The notes: generated by a model from the sequence alone, not told the origin. 64,000 nucleotides of DNA from a virus (IMGVR_UViG_3300032397_000005:41444-105443); one strand, 5' to 3'; shown: positions 33,532 through 43,833, counted from the stretch's first letter. Numbers and translations are program-made.

Positions 33532-35247
33532 ATGACCGTTTCCAGGCTTCGTCAGGAGCAGATGCACACGGAGGGGTCCGCCATCAACGACGCGTTGACC
33601 CCGACCGACCACGACGCAAACGCGGTGGACCTTGCGGACACCGTCAGTCACCTGGCCTCCCAGATTGCGGACATCACGGGGGAGGCCACCTGGGAAGCGG
33701 CTCCGGACGCCACGATTGCCGCGATTGTGGCCAAGACGTTCCTCGATGAGAAGTTGGCGGACCGGGAGCTCCAGCTGCTCACGGACATCACGATTGCGAA
33801 CGCGAAGAACTACAAGATTCTGGTCGTGGCCACGAATGAGTTGCCGGCGGGTGGGTTGAACAAGAAGGCGATTGCCACGACCGTGACGGGACTCGTGTCC
33901 GCGGAGCACGGTGGGAGCTTTGGCGCGGCACACTCCCTGCTGGAGATCGCCGGGGATAACGCGATCAACCCGGAGAACCTCTTGGCGGTGGTGGACGCCA
34001 GCACCGGTGACCCCATCTTCTCAGACGGGCGCATTGTCTGGGGTCTCCTCCAGCACGAGGCCGGCGCGACGGACGCGGCCGCGTTCACGGATACCACGCC
34101 GGAGCGGGCTCAGCTCTCCCTGGTGAGGGTGAACGCCACTCACGACGACCTCGAGGCGGCGGCCGTGGCGGACGTTGAGGACAAGGTCATCAACGTCGCC
34201 TTCACGGACCGGAAGTACCTGGATGACTGGACCCGGATGAGCTTCCTCCGGAGGTCCCCGTTCGTCGACGTGGGCGCCGGGGCGGTGGTCAACACCCTGA
34301 ACACGGCCATCGACAACCAGGGCGCAACGCCGGCCACTCAGGCCACGGCGGTCTACTGGCGCATCGCCGACGCCGTGGCGCTGGTCTTCGAGACATCCGA
34401 CGGGGGCGTGGACCTCCTCTCCCTCTCTCCGGCGGCGGCCGGGGACGCGGTGGCCATCAACTGCAACTCCCTGGACATCAACGTCGGTGCCAGCGGAACC
34501 GCGGACGTTGACAACGGGATCACAGTCGACTCCGGCGGGACCCCGATCAACCTGGGCGTGACTGCGGGGCAGATCGACGCGGGGGCGGCGGGCATCACGG
34601 TCCTTTCCTCCGGGGCGGTGGCCAGGTTGGACGGCGTGGGCGTGACCCTGGACGCAAACGCGGGGAACGTGGTGGCGGACGGCGTGGTCCTGGACGTGGA
34701 CGTGACGGACGCCTCCCACATCATCCAGGCGGCAAACTCCGCGGACGCCAAGTCGCTCACGATTGCGTCGCGGAACGCCGGGGCGGGAGTTGGGCACCTG
34801 GTGCTTGAGGCGGATGAGAACATCACGTTTGAGACCAAGAATCAGGCGGCGGCGCTCCCGCTGGACGACGACACCGCCGGGGCGATCTCCGCGCTGGCGG
34901 GCGGGCCCCACGCGTCCATCGCGGCGGCCATCAAGTACGCCATACTGAGCGGAGGCGTTGGTCTGACGGGGGCCTTCCTGTTCGTCTCCGGCGGCGCGTA
35001 CGCCATGGGAGCCAACGTCCCGGCGGCCACGTTCGACCAGACCGGGTACACGATGACAATGGGTTCCGGCGGGGCGGTGTCCGCGACGATGATGGTGTTC
35101 CTCAACGGGCGGCTCCTCCGTGGAGGGGCGGCCACTGGTACCGGGGACGTCTACCCGGGGACCACACCCGCTTCTGGGGACGTGAAGTTCGACTTCCCCA
35201 AGGGCATCAAGACGGGAGACATCATCCTGTCGCTTGGGTTCTCTTAG
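33532..35247 (+). CDS. putative virion structural (fibre/decoration) protein
   Basis: A/G/T/D/V-rich; C-terminal MVFLNGRLL...GDV motif; located in the structural operon. Confidence 0.7.
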   Translation: MTVSRLRQEQMHTEGSAINDALTPTDHDANAVDLADTVSHLASQIADITGEATWEAAPDATIAAIVAKTFLDEKLADRELQLLTDITIANAKNYKILVVATNELPAGGLNKKAIATTVTGLVSAEHGGSFGAAHSLLEIAGDNAINPENLLAVVDASTGDPIFSDGRIVWGLLQHEAGATDAAAFTDTTPERAQLSLVRVNATHDDLEAAAVADVEDKVINVAFTDRKYLDDWTRMSFLRRSPFVDVGAGAVVNTLNTAIDNQGATPATQATAVYWRIADAVALVFETSDGGVDLLSLSPAAAGDAVAINCNSLDINVGASGTADVDNGITVDSGGTPINLGVTAGQIDAGAAGITVLSSGAVARLDGVGVTLDANAGNVVADGVVLDVDVTDASHIIQAANSADAKSLTIASRNAGAGVGHLVLEADENITFETKNQAAALPLDDDTAGAISALAGGPHASIAAAIKYAILSGGVGLTGAFLFVSGGAYAMGANVPAATFDQTGYTMTMGSGGAVSATMMVFLNGRLLRGGAATGTGDVYPGTTPASGDVKFDFPKGIKTGDIILSLGFS

Positions 35248-35329
35248 GCCAACCTTTTCACCCCGGGCGGGATGATCTAGGGTTCCTCCCAACGAGTCAC
35301 CCGCCGAGGTGACGGATAGGAGGAGGATC

Positions 35330-35953
35330 ATGCCACTTAAACTCATTGCGCAACTCGACGCCGCGTTCGTCGACCTTGGTGACTTCAGGAGGGAACTGGC
35401 GGGGGTGCCAATCTACCTGGATCGGGCGGAGACATCCGCGCGCGTGTTCCGGGAGATCCGCGGCAAGCTGGCGGAGGTTGCCCCGAACCTCTACGAGCTG
35501 AAGGGCGTTGCGGCTGGTTTGCGGCAGGCGGAACCCGTGGTCCGGCAGTACTCCGAGATTGTCAAGCAGGGGATCAAGGACGAGAAGTTTGACCCGGCGC
35601 TTGGGAAGGAGTTGATCTCGATCATTTCCCGGGCGGTGGACTCCCTCCGGGAGGTGGCGGAGTCTCGGAGCATGGAGCTGAGTCGAGTTGCCGGGAAGGT
35701 GGACGGGCTCTACCTGGCGGCCAAGACCGCTTTTTCGGAGCTGACAAACGTCATTGCGGCGAACCACCGCGCGGTGGAGGTGGAGAAGGACGCCGAGGAC
35801 GGCGACTGGAGCGGACGTGGGACGGAGAACGGTCAGCGACCGGTGGGGACCTCCGGCGGGAACGGTGACCTGGGGAACGGAGCGCAGGTGGTTCCAATCA
35901 AGGCCAAGAGACAGCGGTCCACGCGCGTCAAGCGCGCATCCCCGGAGGCGTAG
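35330..35953 (+). CDS. hypothetical helical protein
   Basis: RBS AGGAGGAGG. Confidence 0.7.
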   Translation: MPLKLIAQLDAAFVDLGDFRRELAGVPIYLDRAETSARVFREIRGKLAEVAPNLYELKGVAAGLRQAEPVVRQYSEIVKQGIKDEKFDPALGKELISIISRAVDSLREVAESRSMELSRVAGKVDGLYLAAKTAFSELTNVIAANHRAVEVEKDAEDGDWSGRGTENGQRPVGTSGGNGDLGNGAQVVPIKAKRQRSTRVKRASPEA

Positions 35954-35955
35954 GA

Positions 35956-36897
35956 ATGGGCGTCACTCCGGACAGGTTCCCCGGACCTACCGTTGAGGAC
36001 GAGGAGGTACTCCTCAGCGAGCAGATAACCGGCGCAACTCCCACCGCGGCGGGGGCGTTCCTCTACGTAGATGGGGCGTTCAAGTTTCGGGACGGGCTTG
36101 GGAACTTCGACCCGCGGGACGGCATTGCCGGGATTGCGATCCCGACCCTACTTGACAAGAGGTTGGTCTGCCTGGTCACGGACTCGGACTTTGACAAGGC
36201 GACAAACTCCACCATCAGCGCAACGCCGGCGTTTGGGAGCTACGTCCAGGTCATGGTCAACGGGGTTCAGGCGGACCTTGGGGACGGCGTGAAGACCAAG
36301 GATTGCTACTTCTCCGGGGACGCCGGGACCACGGCGCGGGCAATCGAGGACGTGGTGGCGGGGGACACGATTCACTGGGTGGGGTCCGTGGCGGGATTCG
36401 AGCTGGACGCGGACGATCGGCTCGACTTCAACTACGTTGCGGTTGGGGCGGGCTCCCAGATCGTGGCTGTGGAGGTGGTGGAGGCCAGCCAGCCGTCCGC
36501 TCTGCTGGCAAACGGCGTGCGGTACGTTCCGTTGGTCAAGGGCGAGACGGACTGGGTCCAGTTTCAGTTCCTGGTCCCGGCCTTCGTGTCCACCGTCACC
36601 CTGCACGTCCACTACCACATGAGCGCGGCGAACGCGGGGGACGTGGAGCTCCACCTGGACACGCTGGCGGTGTCCCCGACGGACGACCCCACGGCGGCGC
36701 TGGTTGGCGGGGACGAGTTCGTGGTCACGCCCGGGAACGACGTCCTGATGCACGTCATCAGCGACGGGGACGACGCCTCCCTAGCCATCGACGTGATGCC
36801 CGGGGACCTCTTAATCTGCAAGCTCCAGCGGACGGCGGACGCGCAGGACACGCACACCGGGGACGTTCGGATCACCGGCATCTCGGCGGAGGTGTAG
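35956..36897 (+). CDS. putative virion structural protein
   Basis: Beta-rich, VQVMVNGV motif, structural cluster. Confidence 0.7.
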   Translation: MGVTPDRFPGPTVEDEEVLLSEQITGATPTAAGAFLYVDGAFKFRDGLGNFDPRDGIAGIAIPTLLDKRLVCLVTDSDFDKATNSTISATPAFGSYVQVMVNGVQADLGDGVKTKDCYFSGDAGTTARAIEDVVAGDTIHWVGSVAGFELDADDRLDFNYVAVGAGSQIVAVEVVEASQPSALLANGVRYVPLVKGETDWVQFQFLVPAFVSTVTLHVHYHMSAANAGDVELHLDTLAVSPTDDPTAALVGGDEFVVTPGNDVLMHVISDGDDASLAIDVMPGDLLICKLQRTADAQDTHTGDVRITGISAEV

Positions 36898-36899
36898 CC

Positions 36900-37487
36900 G
36901 TGCTGTCCACCGCCGGTGTGCGCCCCAAGGTGTCGCTGACCAAGAACCTGATCTCGGACCAGACGCTGGCGGGTCTCCACAAGCTACTCAACACCGCCGG
37001 TCTGGCGTTCGACGTCGTGGAGGGGCTTGGGACGGGGGCCAGCGCCACCTCGTCGATTGTCTTGGTCGGGGTGGGGGGCTTTGCGGACCAGAGGATCGAG
37101 GCGGACCTGAAGTGGGTTGCTCCTTCTGACTCCTCAACGCACGACGTCGGGGTGATCGCGCGCGTCCGAACGGTCCACTCCGGGGCGGAGGTGGACTACC
37201 TATGGGCTCGCCTGGACGGGGGCGTGGCGAAGATCTGCAAGGTTATTGCGGGGAGCTTCACCACGCTGGCCCAGAACGCCTTTGTGGTCCCGGCGGACAC
37301 GGTGGTAACGGTCTCCCTCTCGTGCGTCTCAGACACCGTCTCCGCGACGTTCACCTGCGCCGGAGTATCCGGTTCCCCACTCACGCTGGGCACGACCAAC
37401 AGCGACGTTCCAGCGAGTGGGTTGATGGGGATGAGGTCCTACGGCAGCACCGTTTGGATGCGGTCCTTCACGGCGGAGGAGATGTGA
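36900..37487 (+). CDS. putative virion protein (lectin/ConA-like beta sandwich)
   Basis: GTG after GGAGGT; beta-rich pattern. Confidence 0.6.
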   Translation: MLSTAGVRPKVSLTKNLISDQTLAGLHKLLNTAGLAFDVVEGLGTGASATSSIVLVGVGGFADQRIEADLKWVAPSDSSTHDVGVIARVRTVHSGAEVDYLWARLDGGVAKICKVIAGSFTTLAQNAFVVPADTVVTVSLSCVSDTVSATFTCAGVSGSPLTLGTTNSDVPASGLMGMRSYGSTVWMRSFTAEEM

Positions 37488-38938
37488 TCGACGCCAGGTC
37501 ACACCGCTCGGCGCGGAGCAGCGGGATTGTCTGGTACGACTCCGGGAACGGTGTCCTGCGGAGTCCCATTGACAACGCCTTTGGTCCGCGCAAGTTCAAC
37601 CCGCACGTGGAGACACTGGGGTTCGACTACGACTGGCATCGAGGGATAGACACCCAGCTGGAGGAGGGGGAGCAGATCTACGCTCCGTGCGGGGGCGTGC
37701 TGACCAGGCTGCACCGGTCCCACTTTGGGTTCGAGAATAACTCCCAGCTCGATTACTGGGAGGAGGACCAGGACGGCGGGGGCTCCTTCGCCACGTTTGT
37801 CCGCAGCGGATCCAACCTGGTGATCACCGGAACGCGGGCCGGGGAGGAGCTGTTCCCCTTTGTACCTAAGTTCAAGGCGTGGCCGGAGCGGGTGGGGTTG
37901 GCGACTAAATTCGAGATGCGGGTGAAGCTCGGCGCGGTGGGGGCGCTGGCCGCCGGGCAGTTTGGGTTTGCCGTCCTGGATGAGTACTACGGGGAGTTTG
38001 TCGGGCTCGAGTGGAACGGGGCGGTGGCCACCGCGTGCGGCCGGGACTCCGACGACTACATGACGGAGCACGGGACGACCCTGGCCGTGACCACGGAGAC
38101 CTGGCTGCGGTTCATGATGTCCTCCGGGACCCTGTACTGGCAGGTGTCCTCCAACGCCCGCAACTGGAGCACCGTTGCCTCCCAAGCGATGCCCGCCATG
38201 ACCTCCGCAGTCAAGGACCTGGTACCGATGCTGTACTGGCGGGCAACGGACGTCGACACTCCCCCGGTGGAGATCCTGGTGGACAGCGTGGCGTGGGTCG
38301 ACGCGGACGGGATCGGGCGGTTCGGAAACTGGCTGTTCCTCATCCACGGCGGGCAGAGCTCCAAGTTCATGCTGGCCCACTTCCGGGATCTGGCGGTGGA
38401 GGTTGGGGAGGTGGTGGAGGCGGGGCAGGCGCTGGGCATTGCGGGCTCGACCGGGTTCGACGAGCGGTCCGGTCCCATACTGGACACTCACTCCCACGTG
38501 GAGTACCTCCCAACGGACTCCGCGCTGTACGACAACGACGAGCCGGTCAACCCGCTCTCCCCCGGAGTGTTTCCGCGCGCGGACGTGTCGAGCAACGTGA
38601 CCGTCACGCGGAGCACCGCCAACGACCCGGATGGGGTGACGTCGTGGAAGCTCCGCATTCAGGTTGCGCGGGCGGACAGCGACTTCGACCTGAACTCCGT
38701 CTCCCTGACGGGGAACACCGCGACCCGGACGATTGACTTCGACACGCGGTCCGGACTCAACTCGGACTCCGACGTCCCAAAACAGAGCGGTGTCTACATT
38801 GTCCCGGATGAGTTCGATGCGGACAGTCCGGAGTTTGTGGTGGACGTCTACTTCAATAAGGTGATCTTGGGTTCCACCTTCGTCTCCGCCTACGTGAAGG
38901 ACACGGAGGGCGTGACTCTGTGGAGTGAAGTGGTATGA
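37484..38938 (+). CDS. M23 metallopeptidase with an inserted beta-sandwich domain (virion-associated)
   Basis: WHRGID..IYAPCGG; FGNW..AHFRDLAVEVGEVVEAGQALGIAGSTG..HSHVE. Confidence 0.85.
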   Translation: MIDARSHRSARSSGIVWYDSGNGVLRSPIDNAFGPRKFNPHVETLGFDYDWHRGIDTQLEEGEQIYAPCGGVLTRLHRSHFGFENNSQLDYWEEDQDGGGSFATFVRSGSNLVITGTRAGEELFPFVPKFKAWPERVGLATKFEMRVKLGAVGALAAGQFGFAVLDEYYGEFVGLEWNGAVATACGRDSDDYMTEHGTTLAVTTETWLRFMMSSGTLYWQVSSNARNWSTVASQAMPAMTSAVKDLVPMLYWRATDVDTPPVEILVDSVAWVDADGIGRFGNWLFLIHGGQSSKFMLAHFRDLAVEVGEVVEAGQALGIAGSTGFDERSGPILDTHSHVEYLPTDSALYDNDEPVNPLSPGVFPRADVSSNVTVTRSTANDPDGVTSWKLRIQVARADSDFDLNSVSLTGNTATRTIDFDTRSGLNSDSDVPKQSGVYIVPDEFDADSPEFVVDVYFNKVILGSTFVSAYVKDTEGVTLWSEVV

Positions 38939-39447
38939 TCCCAATCAAGCAGGTGTCCGGGGGCGGAGTAGACACCACCGCAATTCACGACAACGTGGAC
39001 GACGAGATTGTGGCGGTGACGGAGAAGGTGACCCCGGTGGACGCGGACGTCCTCCTGATCGAGGACAGCGCGGCGTCGTACGCTAAAAAGCGCGTCCAGA
39101 TCGGGAACCTACCGGGTGGGGGCGGCGGGATCTCCGAGGCGGACCACAAGATTCTCCGTCAGCTCATCCACTTCATCGACAACGGTCCGGCGGAGGGGTT
39201 TGCCTCCGCTGCATACCGAACCGTGACCGGGACCGTGTTCCCGACCGCGATCATCTGGTACGATAAGGCAACCGCAGGTAAGGTCAAGATCGTGGAGAAA
39301 CTGATCTCCTGGACGGGCGTGAACCCCACGACCATTGCGTGGAAGGTCTACGACGCGGCGGAGGCTCTCATCGCCACCGTGAGTGATGCCGTATCGTACA
39401 CCGGGGTATTTGAGACATCACGGACCAGGACGATAACTATAGCGTAA
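38935..39447 (+). CDS. virion protein sharing a module with 60815-62398
   Basis: TEKVTPVDADVLLIEDSAASYAKKRVQIG. Confidence 0.75.
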   Translation: MIPIKQVSGGGVDTTAIHDNVDDEIVAVTEKVTPVDADVLLIEDSAASYAKKRVQIGNLPGGGGGISEADHKILRQLIHFIDNGPAEGFASAAYRTVTGTVFPTAIIWYDKATAGKVKIVEKLISWTGVNPTTIAWKVYDAAEALIATVSDAVSYTGVFETSRTRTITIA

Positions 39448-39456
39448 GGAGCTGAC

Positions 39457-39819
39457 ATGGCGGATGGACCGGCAGCAATCCTCCACGACACCAGCGGGAA
39501 TGAAAAGGGCGTAACAGCCAACCCGGTGACCGTCGTGGTTGTCCCGGCGGCAACGCCCGCCTGCACCAATGTGTCGGCGGCCGTGGCGGACACCGTTATC
39601 CTGGCGGCAAGTTCCACCCGATTGTGGAGCGCCATCTTCAACGACTCCGTGGCCACCCTCTACCTGAAGCTCGGGACCGGGGCGAGCACGACCTCGTTCA
39701 CCATCGCCCTCGGGCGGTACGACTACTACGAACCCCCCGCGCACTACACCGGGGCGATCAACGGCTACTGGAGCGCGGCCTCGGGGAGCGCGCGGGTCAC
39801 CTCGCTGTCGATTGCCTGA
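39457..39819 (+). CDS. small beta-rich virion protein
   Basis: IFNDSVATLYLKLG...YTGAINGYW; RBS AAGGAG. Confidence 0.7.
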   Translation: MADGPAAILHDTSGNEKGVTANPVTVVVVPAATPACTNVSAAVADTVILAASSTRLWSAIFNDSVATLYLKLGTGASTTSFTIALGRYDYYEPPAHYTGAINGYWSAASGSARVTSLSIA

Positions 39820-40511
39820 TGCCCCCACGCCGCAACATACTGGAGGGTTGGAGGAACCCAGATCACGGCTACGTGCCGCAAGCAGATCGGTCTAGGTTCT
39901 ACTTCTGGGATGACTTTGACGGGGGGAACTGGGACCAGCGGTGGTGGCGGACGGGCGGAGGGCCTGGGTACTCCTTCTTCACGATGGACACCATCACGAC
40001 CGGGATTGCCGGTGTCCTCCGTGGGATCGTCTCGTCCACGGCAACGAGGACCTCCTACATCGACCAGAACACGGTCAAGGGCTTCAGCCTGAATAGCGCC
40101 GCTGACATCGCGAGGCTCGACCTCACGTGGCGGGTCCAGCTCGTGCTGGTGACCTACCTCTCCTTCACGATGAGCTTCTACATTGACGCCACTCACTTTG
40201 TGGACATCCAGCTCGACACCGCCGTGGGCGTCAACTGGCTCATTCGTTCCTACAATGGCGCTTCCAACACCACGACGGACACGGGGGTTGCTCCGGCGGC
40301 GGCCACTTGGTACAAGCTCCGGATCACCGGGCTCAAGGACGGGAGTGGGTTTGACTTCTTTGCGAACGGGGTGCTGTTGGGGACCATCACAACCAACATC
40401 CCGACGGGGGAGGCGGGCATCCAGATCCTGGTCACCCGACGGACGGGGGGCTCTGGGACGAGGACGTGGTACATGGACTGGGTTCAAGCGACCGGGGCGA
40501 GGGTAGCTTAG
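39819..40511 (+). CDS. lectin-like beta-sandwich protein, paralog 1 of 3
   Basis: FWDDF...TDTGV...WYKLRI...ITTNIPT...MDWVQATGAR. Confidence 0.75.
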   Translation: MPPRRNILEGWRNPDHGYVPQADRSRFYFWDDFDGGNWDQRWWRTGGGPGYSFFTMDTITTGIAGVLRGIVSSTATRTSYIDQNTVKGFSLNSAADIARLDLTWRVQLVLVTYLSFTMSFYIDATHFVDIQLDTAVGVNWLIRSYNGASNTTTDTGVAPAAATWYKLRITGLKDGSGFDFFANGVLLGTITTNIPTGEAGIQILVTRRTGGSGTRTWYMDWVQATGARVA

Positions 40512-41153
40512 ATGCCCCTCATCCGCAGGCTGCGCCAGCGTCAGGACCTCGACCGGTTCTACCTGTACGATGACTTCGCAACCTGCATGGACCCGGGCGA
40601 GACCCTCCAATACTGGGGTACGGCAAAGTCGGCAAGCTCAACGGTGCTGCCCATATCCGACGGGTCGTTGGAATTCCACGTGGCCAACGGGGACGCCGCT
40701 GGGTTTGCGACCCTCCACAAAATGCACAAGGGTCAGTACTCCGTCGCCAAGCGCGCCCAGATGAGAGGGCGGTTCAAGCTCAGTCGCGCCACGGACATCA
40801 ATTGCCAGATCGCGTTCTACGGGACCGCCGCCAACGCCCTTGTGATGCTGACCTATGACACCCAGATCAGCGTAGTGGACCCGACCCACTGGATCTTCAT
40901 CACGGACAACGCCTCCGGCAACGAGAAGCACGACAGTGGGGTTGTGGCGACCCCCACCGTCTGGCACGAGTTTGAGATCAAGTGCCTGGCGTCGAACAAA
41001 GCGGAGCTGTGGCTCGACGGAGCGTTGATCTGCACGAACACCACGTACATCCCGACCCAGGTCATGGAGCCGTCGTTCACGGTCAGCACCTACACGACCA
41101 CGGGACCGTACATGTACTTGGACTGGATAGAGTTGGAAGGGGACAGGCTCTAG
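40512..41153 (+). CDS. lectin-like beta-sandwich protein, paralog 2 of 3
   Basis: LYDDF...HDSGV...WHEFEI...NTTYIPT...LDWIELEGDR. Confidence 0.75.
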   Translation: MPLIRRLRQRQDLDRFYLYDDFATCMDPGETLQYWGTAKSASSTVLPISDGSLEFHVANGDAAGFATLHKMHKGQYSVAKRAQMRGRFKLSRATDINCQIAFYGTAANALVMLTYDTQISVVDPTHWIFITDNASGNEKHDSGVVATPTVWHEFEIKCLASNKAELWLDGALICTNTTYIPTQVMEPSFTVSTYTTTGPYMYLDWIELEGDRL

Positions 41154-41154
41154 C

Positions 41155-41763
41155 ATGCCCCTCCGTAAGTTCGACCCCGCCTCCGCCGTGGGCGGTCACC
41201 AGTGGATCACCGATGACTTTGGCGGGGCCCTGTATGATTGCTACATGTGGGGCTTGGTTGGGGGCTCTGGGTCCATTCCGGTTGTGGCCTCCGCCGTCGG
41301 CGGGCTGATCGTGGTCAGAGCGGACGCCAGCAACTACTACGAGCTGGCCGCGCTGTACCCGCAGTTCACGGTGGCCAGGAACTTCCAGATCACCTGGCGG
41401 GGCAAGCTCGGGTCCCTCACGACCAGCCGGGCGGCTTGGGGGTTGCAGACGGACGTCAACAACCGGGTCGAGTGGATCTACGAGGCGGCGCTAGGGGCGA
41501 ACTGGCGATGCCGATCCGTGGCCAGCTCAACGGACACGGTCGTGGCGTCCGCCGTTGCTGCGGATACCGCCTTCCACGAGTTCACGATGGTGAGCGCCAC
41601 GGGCTTGGTTCACTTCGCCCTGGACGGCGTTCCCATCACCACCATCACGACCAACCTCCCAACGGGGGCCCTTGGTCCGTTCATCCGCTCGACCAGCACC
41701 GCGGCCGGTACGCGGGACGTGACGGCGGACTGGGTCGAGGCTTTCTGCGACAGGACGGCATGA
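41155..41763 (+). CDS. lectin-like beta-sandwich protein, paralog 3 of 3
   Basis: ITDDF...FHEFTM...ITTNLPT...ADWVEAFCDR. Confidence 0.75.
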   Translation: MPLRKFDPASAVGGHQWITDDFGGALYDCYMWGLVGGSGSIPVVASAVGGLIVVRADASNYYELAALYPQFTVARNFQITWRGKLGSLTTSRAAWGLQTDVNNRVEWIYEAALGANWRCRSVASSTDTVVASAVAADTAFHEFTMVSATGLVHFALDGVPITTITTNLPTGALGPFIRSTSTAAGTRDVTADWVEAFCDRTA

Positions 41764-41849
41764 CATGGCTCGTAAAGACCCATTGCGGGAACGACCTCGG
41801 TCTCGTATGGTACGTTTGAGTGGACACAATACTGATAAGGGGAAAGCTC

Positions 41850-42011
41850 ATGTTATTACTACTGATTCTGGTCCTGCTACTCGCACTAGCCGTTATCCTG
41901 CTCGGCTCCCCGAGCTGGAAGAACCCGCCGGTGGGCGTGGGAATGGCGCTTGCAGCCATCGTGGCTGTGGTCTGCATCTACCAGATGCTGGTCGGGTTTG
42001 GGCATAGGTGA
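41850..42011 (+). CDS. small two-TM membrane protein (holin-like)
   Basis: Two hydrophobic segments in 53 aa. Confidence 0.5.
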   Translation: MLLLLILVLLLALAVILLGSPSWKNPPVGVGMALAAIVAVVCIYQMLVGFGHR

Positions 42012-42463
42012 GCGAGAAGTCGCTACGGGAGTTGTTCCTCCACCTACTGAAGTTAATGGAGCGGGTTGAGGAACGGTTGGCGATGATGGAGGCCAACTCC
42101 ACGCTCCTCCACAACGCCATAGCGCGTCACGGGAGGTCGATAGAGGATCTCAACCGACGGTGTATCGAGCGGCTCGGGAAGATCTGCCCGATGAACGGAC
42201 TGGATAACCGGAGTCAGGAAAACGGAGGTAAAACGGTGGGAGCTCCGCTTGTAGAGGCAATTGGGGACGTGGACGGGGTCAACCGGGACTTCAACACGTC
42301 CACCCCGTACGCACCGGGGTCACTCCAGATCTTCCGCAACGGGCGCCTTGTGACGCGGGACCTGGATGACGGGTACGAAGAGGTGGATCCGGTGAACATG
42401 ACCTTCCGGATGAAGGTCGCCCCGAAGGGCGGGGACGTTCTCTTTGCGTTCTGGGTGGAGTGA
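42008..42463 (+). CDS. coiled-coil protein fused to a domain paralogous to 42467-42850
   Basis: GDVDGVNRDFNT...PGSL..F.NG..YEEVDP...FRMKVAP; internal GGAGGT-GTG start at 42236. Confidence 0.65.
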   Translation: MSEKSLRELFLHLLKLMERVEERLAMMEANSTLLHNAIARHGRSIEDLNRRCIERLGKICPMNGLDNRSQENGGKTVGAPLVEAIGDVDGVNRDFNTSTPYAPGSLQIFRNGRLVTRDLDDGYEEVDPVNMTFRMKVAPKGGDVLFAFWVE

Positions 42464-42466
42464 GAG

Positions 42467-42850
42467 ATGTCGTACGCTAGGATCACGCAGGCGTTGGGTC
42501 CCGTCAACGGGGTCAACCGGGACTTCAACTCTCCAACTCACTTTCGCCCGGGCTCCCTCGTTTGTTTCCTGAACGGTCAGCAGCTCAAGCGGACGCTAGA
42601 CAATGGTTGGGAGGAGGTGGACCCAACTCTGGGGATCTTTCGGATGAAGGTTGCTCCGGTTGGTCCACGGCCGGGCGCGCTGGATGACCCGGGGGACGTG
42701 CTCTTTGTCTTCTACGACACCGAGGCCAGCTCGTCCACCGGAGGAGCGGATGGCGGGATCCCAAACTTGGTGGCGTTGGACGTGGTAATCCCGCGGATGA
42801 CGGAGGCGGTGGACCTTCACCCGAACTTAGTCAACGCGGAGGAGATCTGA
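42467..42850 (+). CDS. small virion protein
   Basis: GPVNGVNRDFNS...PGSLVCFLNG..WEEVDP..FRMKVAP. Confidence 0.7.
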   Translation: MSYARITQALGPVNGVNRDFNSPTHFRPGSLVCFLNGQQLKRTLDNGWEEVDPTLGIFRMKVAPVGPRPGALDDPGDVLFVFYDTEASSSTGGADGGIPNLVALDVVIPRMTEAVDLHPNLVNAEEI

Positions 42851-43833
42851 TGGCAACGATCAAGCTGACGATCACGGTGGACAAGCTCACGAACGTCCTG
42901 AGTCTGTTTGACCACATCAAGGTCTACAGATCCGTGCTTGAGGCGGGACCGTACGCGGAGATCACCATCCCGGTGACGCGGATCAACCTTACCGCGGGTC
43001 AGGTGGTCTACTACTACGACGACGTGGCGGGGGATCCGGCGTGGTTCTACAAGACGTCGTACTTCAACTCCATAACGCTGCTTGAGTCATCCCTCTCTGA
43101 CTCAATTCAGGGGGAGGCGGATCCGCTCTACGTCTCCGTGCAGGACGTCCGGGACGAGGGGATCTCCGTTGCGACCGCCAGCGACGCTCGCCTCCTGATG
43201 CTCATCTGGACCTGGCAGCAGTACGTGGAGCGGGCCTGCCGTCAGTGGTTTGTACCGCGTCAGATCACCTGGGACTTCGACGGGAACGGAACCACGCTAG
43301 CGCAGTTCCCCGTCCCCATCATCTCCGTCTCCGAGCTGCACGTCAACGACGACTTTTCCTCCGCGATTCCCACCGCGGATTACAAGGTCTACACGGACCG
43401 GAGGAACCCGCGCATCAAGCTGGTGACGCGGGAGACGTCGATCTTCGAGGGCGTTGGTCCGGTAAACTACGAGCGGCTCTCCTTCCTCGTGGGGGAGAAG
43501 AACCAGCGGGTCGTCGGTTCCTTTGGTTACGTGGAGGCGGACGGGAGCACGCCATCGCCCATCCAGTACGCGGTCAGGAAGCTCGTCTGCGGTCACGTGG
43601 GGCCAATGGGTGCCTCCGCAATTGGATCCACACCCGCGGGACCGGTGATTGAGGAGGAGACGGATCGACACCGTCGGAGGTGGGCGGATCCCTACGTGGG
43701 GGCCAAGGTGTGGTTCACGACCGGGGACGCGGAGGTGGATCAGATCATTGCCTTCTACCGGGCACCCATCTCAATGCGAGCACCGCGGACGATGTTCCGG
43801 CGGCTCAACGGTGGGTCCATCTACCCGTACTGA
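42850..43833 (+). CDS. head-tail adaptor with an N-terminal FN3-like domain
   Basis: YVSVQDVRDEG...YVERACRQWF, DFDGNG, P.PIQYAV; position. Confidence 0.7.
   Translation: MATIKLTITVDKLTNVLSLFDHIKVYRSVLEAGPYAEITIPVTRINLTAGQVVYYYDDVAGDPAWFYKTSYFNSITLLESSLSDSIQGEADPLYVSVQDVRDEGISVATASDARLLMLIWTWQQYVERACRQWFVPRQITWDFDGNGTTLAQFPVPIISVSELHVNDDFSSAIPTADYKVYTDRRNPRIKLVTRETSIFEGVGPVNYERLSFLVGEKNQRVVGSFGYVEADGSTPSPIQYAVRKLVCGHVGPMGASAIGSTPAGPVIEEETDRHRRRWADPYVGAKVWFTTGDAEVDQIIAFYRAPISMRAPRTMFRRLNGGSIYPY

Noticed and set aside
39819-41763. Diversity-generating retroelement
   Set aside because: No reverse transcriptase and no near-identical template/variable repeat pair differing at adenines was seen in this window.
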